Assembly (NCBI GenBank): GCA_046757025.1
Contig: JBHHXN010000037.1
Location: 1 to 36,774, forward strand
DNA length: 36,774 bases
From: a bacterium
Lineage (GTDB): Bacteria > Zhuqueibacterota > Zhuqueibacteria > Oceanimicrobiales > Oceanimicrobiaceae
Direction of reading: 5' to 3'
Each line of letters starts with the position of its first letter. Within the stretch, counting starts at the first letter, position 1. Position numbers and translations under genes: made by a program. The notes below the pieces were generated by a model, which was not told the DNA's origin, searched no databases, and saw only the letters and a program-made list of their open reading frames with translations. This document shows, piece after piece, positions 29,066 to 36,774 of the stretch.

Positions 29066-29115
29066 ATGAATTCAGTCATTCATTTGCAAGCATTTTCATC
29101 GCTATTCGCTCCGAT

Positions 29116-30486
29116 TCAATCTCCGGGGTCATTTTCGGTGCGTACATAAAAGCCCAGAAAGGTGACATTCGGATTGGTATTCAGCTCATCCAGCGAATAG
29201 AGCATCCGGCGTGGGATCTCTCGACCCAGCGGTGTTTCTGTAAACACCGGCAGATTGGTTCGTTTCCAGTCGCTCCAGATTTGAACATTCAGAAACAGGG
29301 CTTTGTATTTTTCCATCATGATCGCTTTGAGAACATCTGCTCCGCTAATACCCGTGTATCTCGGAAGGGAATTCGCTTCCAGGCCCCATTTTGCTTCCAG
29401 TCCGGGTTGAATGACGTCATTCAAAGTGGCCAGCGCTCCGGCTTCGTCGCCGGTGTTGTACTGGCATTCGGCAATGATGAATTGAGTTTCGTACCAGGTC
29501 AGCAGGTCCACATCCCAATCCGCGGCGCCGTAGGTTTCGGGATTGAGGAAACTGGCGTCGCCGTTGTTTTCACCCGGCTTGGAGCCGGAATAACCGCCAC
29601 TGCCATCCAATCCGAAATAAAGCGGCACGCGCGGATCATTTTCATTTTCCATGAGATCCACGATGAAAGCGCCGCATCTCACGTAACCAAAACGCCGCAA
29701 TTCGAACTGATACCACAAGGATTCTTCCCCACTGGTATTGGAATGGCGCGTTTGCCAGTTATCGTCGTTCGACTTGATGCCCATCTGGGCTTCTGTCATT
29801 GCCAAAGCATAATTTTCAGGGTTGACTTCCGCCCAGTTCAACAAAATGCGCGCTTTGAGAGAATGCGCGGCCGCGATCCATTTATCGGTATCGCCAGCAT
29901 ACGTGAAGTCATAGACATCGATGGTTTTGGTTTGACCGACATTCAAATCGGCGATGGCACTGTCGATGAGGTCTAAAACCTGATCACGAACAAACGATTG
30001 TTTGTCGTATTTTGGATGGGCAATGTCGGGATTGCACGCTTCGGAATAAGGAATGTCGCCCCACAGGTCCGAGGCGGTGCTGAATGCCAGCGCTTCCCAG
30101 AGTTTAGTAATGCCCACCAGGGTGCGTTTTTCTTCCTCAACGCCTCGTGTTTTCAAGGCTTTCATATCCACCAGCCCGCCGCCGCCGTAGAGGTCGAACC
30201 ATTGGTCGGCAAACTCATCGCCGGTCATTTCAAACAATTCATAGCCGGAATAGTGCTGGGACACCCCGGACATTTGCTGCAGGAACATGACCGGAACAAA
30301 GCTAAGCGGGCCGGTTAACACGCCGTACATATTTACCTGCATTCCGACAAATAAGTTGTCGGTGGGTACTTGCGTGGCCCGGTTCGGGTCGTTATCGAGT
30401 TGCTCGCCTTCCAGGAAATTCCGGCAACCGACAAGCGAAGCCAGCAGCGCAAGCACAGCTACCAATATAAAAAATCTCTTTATCAT
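29116..30486 (-). CDS. SusD/RagB-family outer-membrane lipoprotein
   Basis: Lipobox LVGC, DPN, DLWGDIPYSEA, P.YD.Q, LKARILL, IMMEKY..LF...W.DWKRT..P, IPRR..Y; directly follows susC. Confidence 0.93.
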   Translation of the reverse strand: MIKRFFILVAVLALLASLVGCRNFLEGEQLDNDPNRATQVPTDNLFVGMQVNMYGVLTGPLSFVPVMFLQQMSGVSQHYSGYELFEMTGDEFADQWFDLYGGGGLVDMKALKTRGVEEEKRTLVGITKLWEALAFSTASDLWGDIPYSEACNPDIAHPKYDKQSFVRDQVLDLIDSAIADLNVGQTKTIDVYDFTYAGDTDKWIAAAHSLKARILLNWAEVNPENYALAMTEAQMGIKSNDDNWQTRHSNTSGEESLWYQFELRRFGYVRCGAFIVDLMENENDPRVPLYFGLDGSGGYSGSKPGENNGDASFLNPETYGAADWDVDLLTWYETQFIIAECQYNTGDEAGALATLNDVIQPGLEAKWGLEANSLPRYTGISGADVLKAIMMEKYKALFLNVQIWSDWKRTNLPVFTETPLGREIPRRMLYSLDELNTNPNVTFLGFYVRTENDPGD

Positions 30487-30503
30487 GATATCGCCTCCCG
30501 ATT

Positions 30504-33500
30504 TTAGTAGTTAACATAGACGGTTAAACTGAAAGTCCTGGTCTGCGGTTGATTAAAGTAATCGCTGTCGCGGCCGTTGGTGGCCTGTCGGCGATTCGTG
30601 TCCGGATCGAAACCCGTATAATCGGTCCAGGTCTTGACGTTGCGCGCGCTCAATCGGAAATTGACATCGCTGAGTCCCATTTTTTTAATAAAGGAATTGT
30701 TCATGCGATAGCTGATGGAGATTTCACGCAATTTAACATAACTGGCGTCTTCGGTGAACTGGAAACCATCGCCAGAAAAACCGGCGCCGGCCGAACGGTA
30801 CCAGCTTTCTGTGAGCTCCACCGGTTTCGGAACGCCGTTTTCCGCGCCCGGCCCAATGCCTTTAATGTCGTTGCGACCGTTGGGACCCGTGCCAAATTTG
30901 CCAGTTAACGGAATGGATTTGATCTGGCCCCGATCTGCGGTTCCAGCGTGGGTGCCATAAGAAAACAGCGCACCTGCGCCGTGGTTCATGATGTATTGTC
31001 CCTGCACCATATCCACAAAGGCCGATACGGTCCAGTTTTTGAAAATGGTGAATTCGCTGCGAATGCCGCCGGTCCAATCGGGATTGGAGTCCAACCCGGA
31101 CCACATGGGCGAACCGGACATGATCGGATAACCGTCCTCCGGAATATAAACATCGCCATATTCCCACTGGCCAGCGTAGAATTCATCGATGTATTCTTTG
31201 GTACCATCGCCGTCCACATCCACCATTTCACCGCGGCCGCCATTCAAATCCGTCCGACCGAATCGTACGAAAGTATTCAAACGCATTTCACCGAGCTCAT
31301 GGCCTTCGCCGGCATAGGCCCAGCGGCCCACCCGTTCCCACAGCGCTCCGGACATATTGGTGACCATGTTTTTGTTTCTTGAATAGATTAGACCCAGGTC
31401 CCAGGAAAAATTGCGCATTCGGATGGGAACCAGATCCAGGGAAACTTCCCAGCCTTTGTTTTCGATGGTGGCCGCATTCCGGGTCTGTGAAAACGAACCG
31501 GTAGAAGGCACCACATTTAAGTCGAACAGCACGTCCGTTGACTTAGCTCTATAGTAGGTTACATCCAAGCCGATGCGGGAATTCCAGAAAGCGAGATTGG
31601 TTCCGACCTCGATTTCCTGGGTACGTTCGGGTTTTACGTTGTCATTGCCAAGAGTTGAGCTGGCGTAAAATCCGCTTTGACCGCGATAGGTCGGATTCAA
31701 CTCGGTTGAAGTGTATAAACTAAACCCTTTACCAGCAAGACTAAACCCGGAAACCGTGGTGTAAACGCCCGGCTGCACTCCGGCTTCACCGTAAGCAAAC
31801 CGCAATTTACCAAAATCGACATACGGTACTTGCGTAAGCTTGGTGAATTCCCATGCCGCGCTGAATTTGGGATACCAGTGCCGTTTCTGACTCTTGCCAA
31901 AGGTCGAAGAACCGTCATTCCTCATGGCAGCCGTGAGATACAATTGATCGTAAAGGTCGATGGTGGCCTGGCCAAAGAACGATTCCGTATGAATCAACCA
32001 TTCATATTCATTGGTACTTAAGTTGGTTGACACGGTGTTGTCGAGCTGGTTGAATCCCGGAACCCCCATATCGATGCCCGTGGTCTGCAAACGATCGTAT
32101 TTGCGTCGGTTGATATTGTGACCGAGCATCAGAGTCGCATCGATATTTTTGTACTTGCTCAGAAATTTATCGCCTTCCACCGTCACCACTAAATTGCCAT
32201 CGAGCTCATGATAGACAAAATCGGTCTTCCGCAGGTGTCCTCTGCCGCTTTCCCGAGAGCCGCTGGGCGGGTTGAGATACGTGGCCTGGTCATTAGAATA
32301 ATCAGAGCCAAACGTGTAGTCGAGCTTCACCCAGTCGAGCAAGTCGTATTCGCCTTTCAAATAACCGTACAATCGGCCAACATCCCGGGGGTTGCTGTGC
32401 TCGTTCATGATGAAGAACGGATTGTCAAACCTACGGCTCTTTTTCAGCACTTTTGCTTCGCTGTAACGGTAGGAGCGGTGAAAGCCGGTCTCGGGATCCA
32501 GATAAGGTAAATTGTTAAATTCCGGCGGCGTTCTGAGATTCCCGAGCTGCAAACCGATGGCATTGTCCCCTCTTTGCAAATAATTGGCATCGGTGTTGGC
32601 ATAAGCTATGTTGGCCGTCAGTTTAAATTTGTCCGTGATAACCTGAGACGCTTTTAAACGAGCCGTATATCGCTGGTAATCGGAGCCCGCTTTCCAGTGC
32701 CCTTTTTGATATAGACGACCAAATGACAGAAAGAAGGTGGTCAATTCGTTACCGCCAGACACGGTGAGATTGTTCTCATTTTCCCAGCCGGTGCCGGTGA
32801 TTTCCCGGCCGTGGTCAAAAACCGTATCTTCCGGCAAATTCGGATCATAATGCGGCGCCCCCGGAACATTCAACGGCCGGCCCCAGCTTCGGGAGTAGTT
32901 TTTCACGAAAGCGCCTTTGGTGCCCTGACCGAACCATCTTTGCACGGGGTAAAATTTGGTTTGCTTGGTTGCGCCAATATTGAATTTGTAGGAAATATTG
33001 GTTTTGCCCGGACGTCCACTCTTGGTGGTGATCAAGACCACGCCGTTTGAAGCGCGCGAGCCGTAGATGGCCGCGGCGGCCGCGCCTTTCAATATTTCGA
33101 TGGACTCGATATCCTCGCTGTTGATGTCCGCGGCCCGATTAGTGGTTTCGGTACCGCCATTGGAACCGATGGTATAGTCCGTGCGGTTGGAGATGGGCAC
33201 GCCATCTACCACAAACAACGGCTGCGTACTGCGGTCGATGGAAGCCGCACCGCGAATGCGGATGAAGCTGTTGGTACCCGGGTCGCCGCTGGACTGCTGC
33301 ACGTGCACGCCCGGCGCCTTCCCGGCCAGAGCCTGCACCACGTTGGCTTCTCCGGATTTGATGACCGTTTGCGGTTTGACTTTCGCGATGGAAACCCCCA
33401 GTTTTTCTTTGATCTGGGAAGATCCCAAACCCGTAACCACCACTGAGCCTAACTCCAGCACATCGATGTTGAGCTCAAAATTTTGGGTGATGGTTCCCGG

Positions 33501-33785
33501 CGAGAGCGTGACGTTTGCCGAGCTCGAACGAAATCCGATAAATTGCGCTTCCAGAACCACTTCCTGGCCACGAACATTTTCTGGAGGAACGTGAAAACTG
33601 TAAGCGCCGTCGGTGTCTGTAGCAGACCCAAAAGTGGTGTTCTTGATATAAACATTCGCGCCCGGCAAAGGATTGCCCACATCGTCGAAAACCACCCCTT
33701 TGATGGTGACATCTTCTTGTGCGGCCAGCCAGACCGGGGTGAATGCCAGTGTACAGGTCAATAATACTAAAACTACCTTTTTCAT
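30504..33785 (-). CDS. SusC/RagA-family TonB-dependent outer-membrane receptor
   Basis: Signal peptide, N-terminal carboxypeptidase-like domain, plug (IRIRG, PLFVVDG, DIESIEILKGAAAAAIYGSRASNGVVLITTK), barrel motifs RNDGSSTFG, KPERT, KLREISISY, terminal aromatic residue. Confidence 0.96.
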   Translation of the reverse strand: MKKVVLVLLTCTLAFTPVWLAAQEDVTIKGVVFDDVGNPLPGANVYIKNTTFGSATDTDGAYSFHVPPENVRGQEVVLEAQFIGFRSSSANVTLSPGTITQNFELNIDVLELGSVVVTGLGSSQIKEKLGVSIAKVKPQTVIKSGEANVVQALAGKAPGVHVQQSSGDPGTNSFIRIRGAASIDRSTQPLFVVDGVPISNRTDYTIGSNGGTETTNRAADINSEDIESIEILKGAAAAAIYGSRASNGVVLITTKSGRPGKTNISYKFNIGATKQTKFYPVQRWFGQGTKGAFVKNYSRSWGRPLNVPGAPHYDPNLPEDTVFDHGREITGTGWENENNLTVSGGNELTTFFLSFGRLYQKGHWKAGSDYQRYTARLKASQVITDKFKLTANIAYANTDANYLQRGDNAIGLQLGNLRTPPEFNNLPYLDPETGFHRSYRYSEAKVLKKSRRFDNPFFIMNEHSNPRDVGRLYGYLKGEYDLLDWVKLDYTFGSDYSNDQATYLNPPSGSRESGRGHLRKTDFVYHELDGNLVVTVEGDKFLSKYKNIDATLMLGHNINRRKYDRLQTTGIDMGVPGFNQLDNTVSTNLSTNEYEWLIHTESFFGQATIDLYDQLYLTAAMRNDGSSTFGKSQKRHWYPKFSAAWEFTKLTQVPYVDFGKLRFAYGEAGVQPGVYTTVSGFSLAGKGFSLYTSTELNPTYRGQSGFYASSTLGNDNVKPERTQEIEVGTNLAFWNSRIGLDVTYYRAKSTDVLFDLNVVPSTGSFSQTRNAATIENKGWEVSLDLVPIRMRNFSWDLGLIYSRNKNMVTNMSGALWERVGRWAYAGEGHELGEMRLNTFVRFGRTDLNGGRGEMVDVDGDGTKEYIDEFYAGQWEYGDVYIPEDGYPIMSGSPMWSGLDSNPDWTGGIRSEFTIFKNWTVSAFVDMVQGQYIMNHGAGALFSYGTHAGTADRGQIKSIPLTGKFGTGPNGRNDIKGIGPGAENGVPKPVELTESWYRSAGAGFSGDGFQFTEDASYVKLREISISYRMNNSFIKKMGLSDVNFRLSARNVKTWTDYTGFDPDTNRRQATNGRDSDYFNQPQTRTFSLTVYVNY

Positions 33786-34268
33786 ACCATTCTCCTCAAA
33801 TTAATTACCTGTTCCAGTATTATTAAAATTAAAGTATTTATGACAAAAAAAATCTCACCTCCTTTCTTGTCGTGATTTTAATGCTGAATTGATATTTTAA
33901 AATATCTTCGATGAAAAAGAAAATTTGTGATTATGCGTTAACATTTGATTCGAACACGAAAAATCCTGAATGCGCTTACCAATGCAGTAAGCAGGATCGT
34001 CCTTGAACTAAAAAAGAATAATTGCTTTATTTGGTTTTTGAATTCAAACCGTCTAAGAATTGCTGCTCAAACATTCACGTTTGAGAATCTATAATGGCAA
34101 AATAAGAAAAGCGAATTGAAATGGGTGAGGTGTAAAATTAATAAATACGCCAACCGACCCAATTGTAACCGCCTGTTTTACAACAAGACCAATTTATTGA
34201 GTGTATTTTATTAAATTTTCATTGTGGAAGTTGAAACTCAGAAATGCACTTTTTTTCAATGTTCGCGT

Positions 34269-34284
34269 TGCCAATAATGTGCCA
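34269..34284 (-). promoter_or_regulatory. Candidate sigma54 (-24/-12) promoter facing susC
   Basis: Minus strand reads TGGCACATTATTGGCA (GG-N10-GC), close to the consensus TGGCACRNNNNTTGCW. Confidence 0.55.
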
Positions 34285-34643
34285 TCAGAACATGAACCTT
34301 TGGTCATTCTCTGATAAACAGTGATTTATCAAGTAATTGCCTAACATTTCAAATCACCAGGTACTCCGCTTAAAAGCCGCGTTGTGTGAAATATTTTGCA
34401 TAGGGATTATGCAAAAATTGTAAAATTTTAACTTAAAGTCTTAACATGCAAAAAATTCTATTATGGTGTAACAATAATACCGTTGTGTGATATTTGAAGA
34501 CACCAACGGAAATTGCCGCCGACTGTTTTGCAATCCAGGCCTCCGAACTTCAATAAAAAACTATTTGCATTTTCTTCATTTTTTATTAGATTATTTTTGC
34601 TGAAAAGTAATAATTTCTGAAAATCAAATTTGGAGGAAATATC

Positions 34644-35294
34644 ATGTCCCGTTCCTCATTGAAAAGCGCACTCACTCTATTATTGATTTTCATGCTGTTA
34701 TTGTCGCCAAATCTGCAGAGCATGGCAGATACGCAAAAAAATCTGCTGCACGTGGCCTTTGTTGGCCTGAAATTCAAAAACCTGCCGCAGGCGCTGCAGG
34801 ATGAATTTATTTCCAGAATATCAAACCTCCTGAAATCAAACGCGTCCATCGTACTCACCAAGCCGGACGGCGCACTGAAAACGTTTGGTTCTGAGGCAAT
34901 AGGCAAACTGATTGAAAACCAGGATGTGGATTCTTTCCGCACGTTTGCCAATCAATATCAATTTGACCACCTGTTCACGGGTACATTAGAAAATCAAAAT
35001 ACCGATGGCGAACCGTTCTTTTTAGTGGGCGAGCTGATCCGATTCGATGCCGCAAACGAGCGCATCCATCGCTACATGATCAACAAAGAGTACAGCAAAA
35101 TTTCCAACGAATTGAATCTGTTTCAAAAACAGTTTGTGCAAACTCTCGCAAAAGAAGAAAAATCAAAACGCAGCTTTTTATCGGCTTTGCTCGTGGGCGG
35201 CATCGTCACCGCGGCCATACTCACGTTTCGCTTTACGCTGGGCAGTGCTGGCGCTGCAGAAGAAAACCCCGATGCCATAAAAGTGGACGAATAA
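34644..35294 (+). CDS. Hypothetical exported protein with C-terminal membrane helix
   Basis: SD ggagg; signal peptide; alpha/beta domain starting VAFVGLKF; hydrophobic segment near the C-terminus. Confidence 0.75.
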   Translation: MSRSSLKSALTLLLIFMLLLSPNLQSMADTQKNLLHVAFVGLKFKNLPQALQDEFISRISNLLKSNASIVLTKPDGALKTFGSEAIGKLIENQDVDSFRTFANQYQFDHLFTGTLENQNTDGEPFFLVGELIRFDAANERIHRYMINKEYSKISNELNLFQKQFVQTLAKEEKSKRSFLSALLVGGIVTAAILTFRFTLGSAGAAEENPDAIKVDE

Positions 35295-35672
35295 TCGCAC
35301 TGGCGATAAACATACCGGTCGACATTTATTAACGCGGTATGGCTGCCATTTCCGCTTTTCAAGCGACTTTTTGAATATCACACACAAACGCTTCCTCAGT
35401 ACGCTGAGCAGAGTATTATTTTCAGGTTGAAATGTTCATTTAATTTACCCCACGAGGACAGGTAATCCTCAGTAGATTTACGGTTTTAACGCAGAAATTT
35501 TCATTCTAAAGGAGCCCTTCGAAGTCGCTCAAAATGACAATTAAACAAGTTTACGGAACTAAAATGGATAGACATTTTGTGGGGTACTTAACTCGTAAAG
35601 TTACCGTATTAAAAAATTGACTAAATGACCTGTCACCTTTCCAAAGAGCTCTTTCAAAAAAACAGGAGCACC

Positions 35673-36377
35673 ATGAAATCGATTATGCTTTGCAATTCCG
35701 CATTTCCGTGGTTTGAGAAAAACAGTCGTTTAATTTTTGTACTGGCGCTCTGTGGCTTTATTGCTGCTTGTGGCACGGACAGCGAAAACAAACAAGAGCC
35801 GGCGCCCATCGTGAATATCACCAACGGCCAATTTGACGTGGTAGCCATCATGCCAGAAGATCTTACCAACGAAGACGGCGCCCCCTTTGGCTCGGGTTCC
35901 CTTTCATTTAAATATTCCGGAGACGATTCCGGTGCGTTTTCGGTGTCTGGCCCCCTGGCGATCGGCCAAATCCAGAATGACGCCGTCGGCGCCACCCTCG
36001 TCAAGTTAGAGGAAAACGATCTCGGCACCCAAAACGAAGGCTTCACCGTCGTGGGCTTTCATCCGCTGGGCAACGGCAAAGCGGATATCTTTGTCTTAGG
36101 CACCAAAACCAATACCAGTGTTCTCCCCATTAAAAACGGTGACGCCTTCGGAATCGGACCGCTGGAGTTTTTTAACGGACTTTTTTTAAAAGGCATAAAA
36201 ATTTCAGACTGGTGGGATGTAAACACCAACAAATTAGAGGTGGCGGAAATAGCCTACACCATCGAATCTGGATTCATTCAATTTGCCACCAGAGACAGCA
36301 CCCATTTTCGCGGCACCTTTGCGGGAACCACGGCCACGGGTCCAAACATCTCGCCGCTGCCGTTCCTCTTGCAATAG
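35673..36377 (+). CDS. Hypothetical beta-rich lipoprotein
   Basis: SD aggag before ATG 35673; lipobox IAAC followed by an acidic linker; Gly/Ser/Phe beta-strand pattern. Confidence 0.7.
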   Translation: MKSIMLCNSAFPWFEKNSRLIFVLALCGFIAACGTDSENKQEPAPIVNITNGQFDVVAIMPEDLTNEDGAPFGSGSLSFKYSGDDSGAFSVSGPLAIGQIQNDAVGATLVKLEENDLGTQNEGFTVVGFHPLGNGKADIFVLGTKTNTSVLPIKNGDAFGIGPLEFFNGLFLKGIKISDWWDVNTNKLEVAEIAYTIESGFIQFATRDSTHFRGTFAGTTATGPNISPLPFLLQ

Positions 36378-36441
36378 CCCCTGATGGCACGAATCCTTCG
36401 AATAGTCAGGTCATCCAGTTTGCTCAGCAGTCATTCAAATT

Positions 36442-36536
36442 TGTCATTCGGAGCGAGCCCGCCCAGCGAGAGCGCGAAGAATCTCATACTCCTGAGCATG
36501 GTTAGGTGAACAAACATTCGTGGTCAGAGATTCTTC
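36442..36536. repeat. REP-like element (TGTCATTC...GAAGAATCTC / GAGATTCTTC type)
   Basis: gaagaatctc 36476-85 / gagattcttc 36527-36; related half-sites near 18681-18707 and 35517-35539. Confidence 0.6.
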
Positions 36537-36728
36537 CATCGCAGCGCTTATCCCTTCACCTTGCTCAGGGCAGGCTTCAAACGAAGTCGAAACGGGCAGT
36601 TCCTGCTTTCCCGAATTTATTTCGGCCCGCACCAGGAAGTCTGTCCAGTAAAAATTAAATGCCCGCCTACTAAACGACGTAAGAATACCCCCCCCATCAC
36701 TGACAGGCACTAAAAAAATATTTTTTTA

Positions 36729-36757
36729 TTGATTTTCCAGAATGGATTGTGTATAAT
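36729..36757 (+). promoter_or_regulatory. Candidate sigma70 promoter for a gene beyond the window
   Basis: TTGATT, 17-nt spacer, TATAAT, preceded by an A/T tract. Confidence 0.5.
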
Positions 36758-36774
36758 AACTTATCCAACTGGTG

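Noticed and set aside
33855..33867. TCACCTCCTTT as the 3' end of a 16S rRNA gene
   Set aside because: The flanking sequence is AT-rich with no other rRNA similarity.

Overview
Gene-dense bacterial window with no rRNA, tRNA, CRISPR array or transposase. Two proteins carry 'QNYPNPFN' C-terminal sorting domains, there is a SusC/SusD pair, and Shine-Dalgarno sites are strong; this suggests an FCB-group lineage such as KSB1/Calditrichota (inference only). In order: an ELWxxDGT-repeat secreted protein; a compositionally mixed island of five poorly characterised genes; leuS; a small outer-membrane barrel; an alpha/beta-hydrolase-OsmC fusion; a STAS protein; a GH13_18 glucosylglycerate-phosphorylase-like enzyme; an M16 peptidase; a thioredoxin-fold gene split in two by the ORF caller; a serine hydrolase / N-acyl-D-amino-acid deacylase / secreted hydrolase operon; a VPS10/BNR protein; two tandem small lipoproteins; SusD-SusC; and two hypotheticals. 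Main findings: (1) ORFs 17096-17632 and 17648-18226 are in frame and probably one exported selenoprotein, with UGA in a W-U-A-C-R redox motif followed by a SECIS-like hairpin. (2) Two paralogous lipoproteins that appear to be stand-alone TonB-receptor plug domains converge on the SusCD pair. (3) A sigma54-type promoter with candidate enhancer sites and a long leader precedes susC. (4) MITE-like elements are stacked at TATTTA junctions, and several REP-like palindrome families occupy intergenic DNA.
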